A DNA stretch of 64,000 nucleotides. It comes from Sedimentisphaerales bacterium (GTDB lineage Bacteria > Planctomycetota > Phycisphaerae > Sedimentisphaerales > Anaerobacaceae). Of the stretch, positions 56,694-64,000 are shown piece by piece. Under the pieces are notes generated by a model, which did not search any database, was not told the origin of the DNA, and saw only the letters and a list, made by a program, of their open reading frames with translations. The stretch is from the NCBI GenBank assembly GCA_040772485.1, contig JAXGYC010000009.1, positions 192,001-256,000 on the forward strand. Direction: 5' to 3'. A program made the position numbers and the translations under genes. The first letter of the stretch is position 1, and every line of letters starts with the position of its first letter.

Positions 56694-57812
56694 TCAGTGT
56701 TCCCGGTCGCGAACGGTGGTCTGGAAGGCAGGATCGTTCATAAGTTGCTCTGAGATAAGCACATATCCCTCGGCCAGTGGGTGGCTTGAGTCTGCATAGA
56801 GATCGGTCGGGAGGGGGGTAGCTACCAGGTGTGGAACGCCATTTTGGGCGAGCCATTGCGCGATCTGAGCCTTGATCCGGCCGTACACGACGGCGTTTTC
56901 GGCCGTGAGCATGTGCTCATTGAAGGGCCCAACGAGGACGAACACGCGATTTTCCCTCGCCTGCAACCGCTCGACCGCGCGCCGGAAGAAAAGCCACTGT
57001 AGGGAACTGTCGAGATCCACCCACGCCATATCGCGTTTCTGACCTCCGGCCTCCTGCCAGGAACTGCCCTTCTCCGCTTCCGTGTTCTGCGGCTCCGGCA
57101 GCGGTTCGGCCAGGGCGCCGAGGGGATTGGTGTACGGATTCTGCAGGGTCCAGGCAGGCAGGTCCATGCCCTGGAGATAGGCAATCCGCAGGTGGCCGGC
57201 CCAGCTCAGGAAGGGGACATGGCGCTCCATCACGATGCCCAGCCGGGCTGAGAACGGGGCCTTGTAACAGGGAATCTCGGTCGCGAATTGCGGGACCAGA
57301 CGGGGGTGGTTGAAGTGGAATTCCTTCGTCGTCTGCAAATCGTGTTTGGCGGAACTCATCCACAGCGGATTGAACTGGAGAACGACCGGCCGGCCTTTGA
57401 CGGCGGGAGCGTAGTACTCGGTCAGGCCGGCCAGTGCGGCCGGATGCGTCCCGTCCAGGCCGAGGTTGGCGAACCGTTCCTCGCCCAGGGCGTCATTGAG
57501 GCAGTGCGAGAGCGTCTGATCGGGCCGCACGTAGTGTCCCCAGATGACCGAGTCGCCGATCACCGGCACCTTCCCACGCCGACACGCCACGCGGCAATGG
57601 CGGGCGTACAGCCAATAGTCGCTGCCCAGTGCGTAGGGGACGCGGTAGTCCGGGCCGGGGCGGAAGGTCTCCACCTGCTTCCAGAGTATCGGCGCCAAGA
57701 TGAACAGAGCCAGCAGGAGCAGCGCGACAACCAGCCACTGTCGCGGCGTCAGCCACACGGCGTTCGAGTTCGGCATCGCCGCATCCGTTGTGTCTTTCAG
57801 ATTCTCTGCCAT
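56694..57812 (-). CDS. Membrane-anchored SGNH-fold protein (DltD/AlgJ/PatB-like acyl-transfer partner)
   Basis: N-terminal TM; IGDSV block I Ser; C-terminal DSSH (DxxH); 3 nt downstream of the MBOAT stop. Confidence 0.75.
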   Translation of the reverse strand: MAENLKDTTDAAMPNSNAVWLTPRQWLVVALLLLALFILAPILWKQVETFRPGPDYRVPYALGSDYWLYARHCRVACRRGKVPVIGDSVIWGHYVRPDQTLSHCLNDALGEERFANLGLDGTHPAALAGLTEYYAPAVKGRPVVLQFNPLWMSSAKHDLQTTKEFHFNHPRLVPQFATEIPCYKAPFSARLGIVMERHVPFLSWAGHLRIAYLQGMDLPAWTLQNPYTNPLGALAEPLPEPQNTEAEKGSSWQEAGGQKRDMAWVDLDSSLQWLFFRRAVERLQARENRVFVLVGPFNEHMLTAENAVVYGRIKAQIAQWLAQNGVPHLVATPLPTDLYADSSHPLAEGYVLISEQLMNDPAFQTTVRDREH

Positions 57813-57815
57813 CGT

Positions 57816-59192
57816 TCAGAACTGCATATAGATGAACGGTTGCTCCCCCGAAGGGGCAAACAGCGCCAGATACGCGAGCATGAGGACGACGAGTCCCATG
57901 CGAACCGCTCGGAACTCGAGCGCCCAACGCAGCCGGGATTCGAACACGTACTGATAGCACCAAACCGCAGCGATCAAGGCGATGGCCAGCAGTGGGCAAT
58001 AGGGATCAGCGATACCCGATGTGAAGATCCGTGTCACGATCAGCCAGGCGTCGCCCAGCCTCGCCGCTCGGAAGAAGACCCAGGCGAAGGTGACGATCGC
58101 GAAGACGAAGCCCTGCTTGACGAAGGCCGGGACCCGGTCTCTGTAGAACGCGGTACGCTCCAATTCTCGCGTGGCGAACCGCCCGAGGGCATGGACAGCG
58201 CCCCACAGGACGAAGGTCCAGGCGGCGCCGTGCCACAGGCCGGACAGCACCATCGTCAGGAAGATGTTGCGGTAGGTGTTGAAGCTACCCTTGCGGTTGC
58301 CGCCGAGCGGAATATAGACATAGTCTTTGAACCAGGACGAGAGACTGATGTGCCAGCGGCTCCAGAACTCTCCGAGGCTCGTGGCCAGATACGGATTGTT
58401 GAAATTGAGCATCAGTCGGATGCCCATCATCGCGGCGATGCCCCGCGCCATATCTGTGTATCCGCTGAAGTCGAAGTAGATTTGCCAGGCGAAGAGGAAC
58501 GTCGCGAGGACCAGCGCCGGCGCCTGGAAGTCGGCCGGTGCGGCGTACACCTTGTTGACGTACAACGCCAGGTAGTTGGCCAGAGCGACCTTCTTGAAGA
58601 GGCCCACGACGAAAAGCGACAGCCCGTCGGCGAAGTCCTTCCCTGCAATCTTCGGCGTACGGCTCAACTGGGGCAGGAGGTTTCCGGCCCGTTCGATCGG
58701 GCCGGCCAGAAGACGCGGAAAGAACGCCACGAACGTGGCGTAGCGCAAAAAGTTCGTCTCGCGTGCGACCGTCCCGCGATAGGCGTCGATGACATAGCCC
58801 ATCGACTGGAAGAGATAGAACGACAGACCCGCAGGAAGCAGAATGCCCGGCGCCGGGAGCCGGCCGGGAATCCGCAGTGCTGCGAACAGCGCGTTGACGT
58901 TGTCCGCGGCGAACTGGCCGTACTTGAAAACGCCCAGCAGAACGAGGCTGTTGACGACGCTGACCCAGAGCCAACGTTTCTTCCGCTCGCTCCTGGCCAT
59001 TCGCGTGACGACGAAGAAGTCCACCACGCTGACGTAGGCGATCGGAATCAGATATCGCCAGTCCAGCCACGCATAGAAGGCGTAGGACGTCACGAGCAGC
59101 CAGGGCAGCCGGAGTCTCGTCCCCTTCACGAGCAGATACAGGGGATAGGCGATCAGGAAGAAGATCAGGAATGACCAGGTCTGGAACAGCAT
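57816..59192 (-). CDS. MBOAT family O-acyltransferase (AlgI/DltB/PatA-like)
   Basis: LPAGLSFY, AGPIER, QIYFDFSGYTD, FWSRWHISLS, SGLWHGA, terminal FIYMQF. Confidence 0.95.
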   Translation of the reverse strand: MLFQTWSFLIFFLIAYPLYLLVKGTRLRLPWLLVTSYAFYAWLDWRYLIPIAYVSVVDFFVVTRMARSERKKRWLWVSVVNSLVLLGVFKYGQFAADNVNALFAALRIPGRLPAPGILLPAGLSFYLFQSMGYVIDAYRGTVARETNFLRYATFVAFFPRLLAGPIERAGNLLPQLSRTPKIAGKDFADGLSLFVVGLFKKVALANYLALYVNKVYAAPADFQAPALVLATFLFAWQIYFDFSGYTDMARGIAAMMGIRLMLNFNNPYLATSLGEFWSRWHISLSSWFKDYVYIPLGGNRKGSFNTYRNIFLTMVLSGLWHGAAWTFVLWGAVHALGRFATRELERTAFYRDRVPAFVKQGFVFAIVTFAWVFFRAARLGDAWLIVTRIFTSGIADPYCPLLAIALIAAVWCYQYVFESRLRWALEFRAVRMGLVVLMLAYLALFAPSGEQPFIYMQF

Positions 59193-59204
59193 TCGGGCGT
59201 CTTC

Positions 59205-61040
59205 TTACTCCATCAGGGTGCGGATATGGGCCTCGACCGATGCGGCCAGAAGCTCCGGGCCATATCCGCCTTCGAGGATGGAGACGAGTCGGCCCTGGCA
59301 GCACTTCTGGGCGATCTCCTTGACGATATGCGTCAGGCGTGCGAATCCCTCCGTGGTGACTCTCATGCCACCCAGCCCATCTCCGGCCTGTGCGTCGAAG
59401 CCGGCCGAGATGAAGATGAAGTCGGGTCGAAAGGCCATCGCCGCCGGACGAAGTCGCTGCTCGAACGCGCCGACATAATCGGTATCCCCCGAACCGGCGG
59501 GGGTGGGCACGTTGATCGTGAGGCCCGAACCGGCTCCGGTCCCGGTCTGTGAGGCGCTGCCGGTGCCTGGATAGAAGGGCCATTGGTGGATACTGAAGTA
59601 GAGCACGTCAGGGTCGTCGTAGAACGCCTCCTGCGTTCCGTTGCCGTGATGGACGTCCCAGTCGGCGATCAGGACTCTGGGCAGGCCGTACTTGCCCTGA
59701 ACGTAACGGGTTCCGATGGCGACGTTGTTGAAGATGCAGAACCCCATCGCCCGGTCGCGCAAGGCGTGATGGCCCGGAGGCCGGATCGCACAGAAGGCGT
59801 TAGTGACATCGCCTGCCATCACAGCATCGACGGCGGCCATGACTCCTCCGGCGGCCAGTACGGCCGCCTCGTACGATTGCCGGCAGACTGGCACGTCGCC
59901 CGAGTCCAGATACCCGCCGCCGGATTCGCAGACGGCCCTGGCTCGCTCGATGTACTCGGCGCTGTGAATGGTCTGGAGCCACTCTGCCGGTGCGGCCGAC
60001 GGCGTCAGGTGCGTGAGCCTGGAGTCCAGGCCGGCGGCTTCCAGCCGACGGGCGATTGCGCTGAGCCTTTCCGGAGATTCCGGATGGCCGGCGCCCGTCT
60101 CGTGCTCGAGGTAGATGGGGTCATAGACGACCCCGGTCTTGGATTGCGGGTTACCCGCCTGGGCCGATGCAGCGTTTGCGTCCGGTGCCTCGTTCGGGGC
60201 GTTACGGACGCAGCGGAACCCGATGGCGTCGTTGGCCAGGCAGGTGTCGTCGATCGCTGGATCGCTGGCGCGGTACATGGATCGGCAGCTCTCGGCGCTG
60301 GAATTCCACGCGCCGCCGCGGATGACCCGGTCGGCCCCGTCGGCCGGGCCTTCAGGGTCTCTGTCGGGACTCTTCGAATAGTAGTCTTCGGCATACCGGT
60401 CGTTGCACCATTCGGCTACGTTGCCGTGCATGTCGAACAGCCCCCAGGGGTTGGGCTTCTTCTGCGCCACAGGATGCGTCGTCTGCGAGGAGTTCTCCGC
60501 GAACCATGCGTAGTCCTTGAGCATGCGGGAATCGTTGCCGAAGCTGTATTGGGTGGACGTGCCCGCCCGGCAGGCATACTCCCACTCCGCCTCAGTCGGC
60601 AGGCGGTAGCCGTTGGCGTCGAAATTGCACTCCCACGTCTGCTCGTCGTAGCAGGGCTCGAGCCCCTCGGCCATCGACCGGTCGTTGCAGTAGAGGGCCG
60701 CATCGGTCCAATTGACCTGCTCCAATGGCTGGCTGGGGCCTTTGAAATGGGACGGGTCGGGGAGCTCGTACTGCTTGAACTGTTCCTGCACCACCTCGTG
60801 CCGGTCTATCCAGAACGGGCTGATCCAGACCCGGTGCACCGGCAACTCATCGCTCTGACCTTTGGCGCTGCCCATCTCGAACCATCCTCCCGGAACGAGA
60901 ACCATCTCGATGCCGCTGGCGGTCGTTTGCCGTTGGGGCGATTCGGAGGTTCCCTCTTTCCGCTGACAACCTGGGACGGCGATCGCGCCCGCCAGGAACA
61001 GAAGAACCATCATCCTTGACTTCATTGCGTGCAACGGCAT
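59205..61040 (-). CDS. Lipoprotein fusing an FGE/SUMF1-fold domain to a zinc-dependent HDAC-family deacylase
   Basis: Lipobox-like AVPG|C; RLPTEAEWEYACRAG, NPWGLFDMHGNVAEW, GFRC; then HPESPERL, RPPGHH, GFC, DWDVHHGNGTQ, SAGFDA, LEGGY. Start could be 61079, 61040 or 61025. Confidence 0.9.
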   Translation of the reverse strand: MPLHAMKSRMMVLLFLAGAIAVPGCQRKEGTSESPQRQTTASGIEMVLVPGGWFEMGSAKGQSDELPVHRVWISPFWIDRHEVVQEQFKQYELPDPSHFKGPSQPLEQVNWTDAALYCNDRSMAEGLEPCYDEQTWECNFDANGYRLPTEAEWEYACRAGTSTQYSFGNDSRMLKDYAWFAENSSQTTHPVAQKKPNPWGLFDMHGNVAEWCNDRYAEDYYSKSPDRDPEGPADGADRVIRGGAWNSSAESCRSMYRASDPAIDDTCLANDAIGFRCVRNAPNEAPDANAASAQAGNPQSKTGVVYDPIYLEHETGAGHPESPERLSAIARRLEAAGLDSRLTHLTPSAAPAEWLQTIHSAEYIERARAVCESGGGYLDSGDVPVCRQSYEAAVLAAGGVMAAVDAVMAGDVTNAFCAIRPPGHHALRDRAMGFCIFNNVAIGTRYVQGKYGLPRVLIADWDVHHGNGTQEAFYDDPDVLYFSIHQWPFYPGTGSASQTGTGAGSGLTINVPTPAGSGDTDYVGAFEQRLRPAAMAFRPDFIFISAGFDAQAGDGLGGMRVTTEGFARLTHIVKEIAQKCCQGRLVSILEGGYGPELLAASVEAHIRTLME

Positions 61041-61075
61041 CGGTCTTCCTTCTACGTACAGTGAACGTTCGAGTT

Positions 61076-62149
61076 TCATTTCGCTTTCGCGGGAGCCGGC
61101 ACCCAGTCCGGTTCCTTGTTCTGGCAGCCGTCGGTGGTGATCTGGACCCACTTGCCGGCCAGATCGCTGACACAAATGTTCCAGCCGGGCGCCTGGCCGC
61201 CGACCATCTCATTGGCTTTGGGTCCGTAGCCGAAAGCGATGTATTGTCCGTCCGGCGAGAAGTCGGTGTGGTAGGTCTCATGCTCCTTGTCGCACTTGAC
61301 GAACGGCCGGACATCTGTCACCACCGGCTCCGGCGCGCTCAGATCGATGTCGGCGACGCCCAAGTCCCAATCGGTCAGGCCCCAGGTGATCCTTCTGCCG
61401 TCGGGACTGAAGTCGGGCCGGCATCCGGTGACCCCGAATTTCGTCAAGTCGTATACCGCCGTCCCGTGGGCCTGTAGAACCAGGATCGCGTGGTCGTGAC
61501 CCATGCCCCCATGGACCGTGGCGGCAAACCAATTGCCGTCCGGCGACCAGCAGATGTTGTAGAGGTGATGCAAGTCCTTGTTTAGATGTGGTTTGTGCTC
61601 ACCCGTCTTGAGATCGTAGTACATCAGCTCTTTGGTGGCATAGTCCGTGATCGTGTAGCGACGGTATTCGGCCTTCAGGTAGGCAATCGTCCGGCTGTCA
61701 GGACTCCAGCAGGGCTGTCTGGCGTTCTCGGCAACCTTCACCCGGCCGGTCCCGTCCAGATTCATGTAGTAGACGTTGCGCATCTTGTCGCGGCCCGTTC
61801 CTTCATCGGCGACGAAACAGACCTTTGTCCCATCGGGCGACGCGTGGGGGTACAACTCGTTCACGTCGGCCGTTCGGGTAAGATTGATCGGGTTGGAGCC
61901 GTCTGCATGGACCAGACAGAGTTCCCAGTTCTCCTTTCCATCGGTTTGGCGGAATGTCTCGTAGACGATTCTGAACGGGATGGAGGCCAAGTCGAGTTCG
62001 GAGGCGGGATACGGCTGGAGTCTCGCCCCCGGCAGCGCCTCCGGCTCGGCGTGGTCAGCCAGGGCCGTTGAGGGCGCCATGGCCAATGCCAGGAACAACA
62101 GAGCATGTACACACAACGCGTGATGCCAATGATCCGATGCCTTCGCCAT
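61076..62149 (-). CDS. Secreted TolB-like PD40 beta-propeller protein
   Basis: Signal peptide; SPDGTKVCF, WSPDSRTIAY, WSPDGNWF, FSPDGRRI, FSPDGQYIAF, EPDW. Confidence 0.85.
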   Translation of the reverse strand: MAKASDHWHHALCVHALLFLALAMAPSTALADHAEPEALPGARLQPYPASELDLASIPFRIVYETFRQTDGKENWELCLVHADGSNPINLTRTADVNELYPHASPDGTKVCFVADEGTGRDKMRNVYYMNLDGTGRVKVAENARQPCWSPDSRTIAYLKAEYRRYTITDYATKELMYYDLKTGEHKPHLNKDLHHLYNICWSPDGNWFAATVHGGMGHDHAILVLQAHGTAVYDLTKFGVTGCRPDFSPDGRRITWGLTDWDLGVADIDLSAPEPVVTDVRPFVKCDKEHETYHTDFSPDGQYIAFGYGPKANEMVGGQAPGWNICVSDLAGKWVQITTDGCQNKEPDWVPAPAKAK

Positions 62150-62202
62150 GTCACTTCTCCTCTTGCATCTCTTCTCGGCAAGCCCGATCTGCCAAGCGTG
62201 GC

Positions 62203-63270
62203 CTACGGGATCGGCACCCAGTCGGGCTCCTTGTTGTGAAAGCCATCGTCGGTGATCTGGACCCATCGGCCGGTCAGGTCGCCGATGCAGATGTTCCAGC
62301 CCTCGGCCATGCCTCCGACCTGCTGGCCGCCGCGCGACGGGCCGTAGCTGAAGACAATGTACTTGCTGTCGGGCGAAAGGTCCACGTGGTAGACCTTGGA
62401 TCCGCGCGCGCAGCGGACGATCTCGCGGATGTTCGCGACCCGGGGCTCCGGGCCCTTCAGATCGATATCCGCGATCTGGAGATTCCAGTCGGTCTCGCCC
62501 CAGACCATCTGGGTCCCGTCGATGCTGAATTCGGGCCGGCATCCCTTGACCCCCCAGACTGCCAGGTCGAACACGCGCGGGCCGAAGGCGTCGAACGCGA
62601 TGATTGTGTCACTGTATCCCATTCCCCCGGAGACCGCCGCCAGAAACCACCTGCCGTCGGGCGACCAGCAGATGGCATAGAGGTGGTGCAGATTCGTGTT
62701 CACGTGCGGGCTGGTCCACTTGTGTTCCAGGTAGTAGAACATCAGCGCATCGGTGGCATACTCGCGGGTGCTGAACCGCTCGTATTCGTCGGTCAGGTAG
62801 GCGATGCTCTTGTTGTCGAAGCACCAGCAGGGCTCGCGCGCGTGCTCGGCGACGTGGACCCGGTCGGAGCCGTCGATCTTCATGTAGTAGACGTGTCGCA
62901 CGCGGTTTCTTCCGAACCCCTCGTCGACGACGAAGCAGATCTTGGTGCCGTCGGGCGAGACGTGGGGATACATCTCGTCCACGTCCGGCGTGTTGGTGAG
63001 GTTGACGGGATTCGAACCGTCCGCGTTCCTCATGAAGATTTCCCAGTTCTCCTTTCCCTCGGTCCGACGATAGGTTTCGTGGACGAGTTTGAAGGGGATC
63101 TTCGCCAGATCGATCGCTTCGCGAGGAAGGGGAATCTGCTTCGGCCGCATACGGACCGCTGGGGCCTCGGATTCGGCGGCCGCCTCGAAGCCGGGCGGTT
63201 CCGCCGCCTCCACAGAGGCAAGCCCCGCGAGCGCCAGTATGGCCCCCAGGGCGAGTGACATACGCTGCAT
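62203..63270 (-). CDS. Secreted TolB-like PD40 beta-propeller protein (paralog of the neighbouring gene)
   Basis: Signal peptide; SPDG repeats; collinear with 61076-62149. Confidence 0.85.
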   Translation of the reverse strand: MQRMSLALGAILALAGLASVEAAEPPGFEAAAESEAPAVRMRPKQIPLPREAIDLAKIPFKLVHETYRRTEGKENWEIFMRNADGSNPVNLTNTPDVDEMYPHVSPDGTKICFVVDEGFGRNRVRHVYYMKIDGSDRVHVAEHAREPCWCFDNKSIAYLTDEYERFSTREYATDALMFYYLEHKWTSPHVNTNLHHLYAICWSPDGRWFLAAVSGGMGYSDTIIAFDAFGPRVFDLAVWGVKGCRPEFSIDGTQMVWGETDWNLQIADIDLKGPEPRVANIREIVRCARGSKVYHVDLSPDSKYIVFSYGPSRGGQQVGGMAEGWNICIGDLTGRWVQITDDGFHNKEPDWVPIP

Positions 63271-63495
63271 GGTGGAAATCCCTCGAAAACCAGGCCGACG
63301 TTGAAATCAGGGTCCTTTCCTACCCAACAAGATACCCCCGGGCCTCGTACGGTGCAAGGGGGCTGGTTCTTCGTCGTCGGTGCCGGTCGCCCGACGGTCG
63401 GAATGGCGGGCAGATTGCCCATTTTCTTCTTGTGACCCCTACGACCGTCATGGTAAGATGGTAAGATAGATAAGGCCTTTTCATAGGGAGGTACC

Positions 63496-64000
63496 ATGAA
63501 CGGTGAGTCCACGTTGAGCGGGGGGACTACGATGCGCAGAGCGTTTACCCTCATCGAATTGCTCGTCGTTATCGCGATTATCGCCATCCTGATGGCGGTG
63601 CTGATGCCGGCCCTGCACCGGGCCCGCGAGCAGGGCCGACGAGCCGCCTGCCTGAGCAATCTCAAGCAGTTGAGTCTGGCCTGGCTGATGTACGCGGACG
63701 AGAATGACGACCGGATCGTCAACGGCGCCACCGGCTTCAGCAACCAGAATCTGTCCTGGGGCGACCATACCAACGAGCTGGCCTGGGTTGACGGCTACCA
63801 TCCCCTGGACCAGGAGGCGGCGGAAGAGGATATCCGTCGCGGGGCGCTCTGGCCTTATGTCAAGAATGAGAAGATCTATCGCTGTCCCACCGGCCGACGC
63901 GGCGAGGCCTTCACGTATGCGATCATGTTTTCCATGAACGCGGTCAACCACCCTGCGACGCAGGGTGTGCGCGGCGCTCACGTCAAGAAGCGAAGCGAAA
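63496..64000 (+). CDS. Prepilin-type N-terminal cleavage/methylation protein (truncated by window end)
   Basis: [25 protein letters not shown] at 63532; CLSNLKQ; YADENDD; open to the window end. Confidence 0.88.
   Translation, partial: MNGESTLSGGTTMRRAFTLIELLVVIAIIAILMAVLMPALHRAREQGRRAACLSNLKQLSLAWLMYADENDDRIVNGATGFSNQNLSWGDHTNELAWVDGYHPLDQEAAEEDIRRGALWPYVKNEKIYRCPTGRRGEAFTYAIMFSMNAVNHPATQGVRGAHVKKRSE

Noticed and set aside
61076..63270. tolB of the Tol-Pal system
   Set aside because: No TolB N-terminal domain and no pal or tolQRA neighbours; only PD40 repeats
1..64000. tRNA, rRNA, prophage, integrase or transposase genes
   Set aside because: None recognised by eye; a tRNAscan/Rfam run would be needed to exclude small RNAs

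Overview
GC-rich chromosomal window, most likely from a Planctomycetota (Phycisphaerae/Sedimentisphaerales-like) bacterium. The taxonomy is inferred from six prepilin-like proteins, five of which show the H-X9-DG-type C-terminal motif, and from the overall gene content. Housekeeping loci are ribE-pdxA-rsmA, an RluA-family synthase, ktrAB, recG, pcm, nadB, rnpB and glpFK. Accessory content includes a PIN toxin module flanked by a duplicated 3' end of the rluA gene, a SpoIVB peptidase/beta-propeller pair and an Omp28-like protein. A ~17 kb carbohydrate-degradation cluster (GH65/95-like, GH2, GH50-like, two PL11, GH97) has a DevBCA/MacAB-type exporter embedded in it. The best candidate for an undescribed system is the five-gene operon at 56.7-63.3 kb: two TolB-like propellers, a lipoprotein fusing an FGE-fold domain to a zinc HDAC-family deacylase, an AlgI/DltB-type MBOAT and an SGNH (DltD/AlgJ-like) partner. 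Together these could form a cell-envelope acylation/deacylation switch. A second theme is two families of REP-like palindromes found both between genes and in frame inside the N- or C-termini of secreted enzymes. A MITE-like element with a nested palindrome and an inverted octamer tandem repeat are also present. All calls come from reading motifs by eye; no database search was run. Many start codons were re-chosen from the ORF track using RBS and domain logic.
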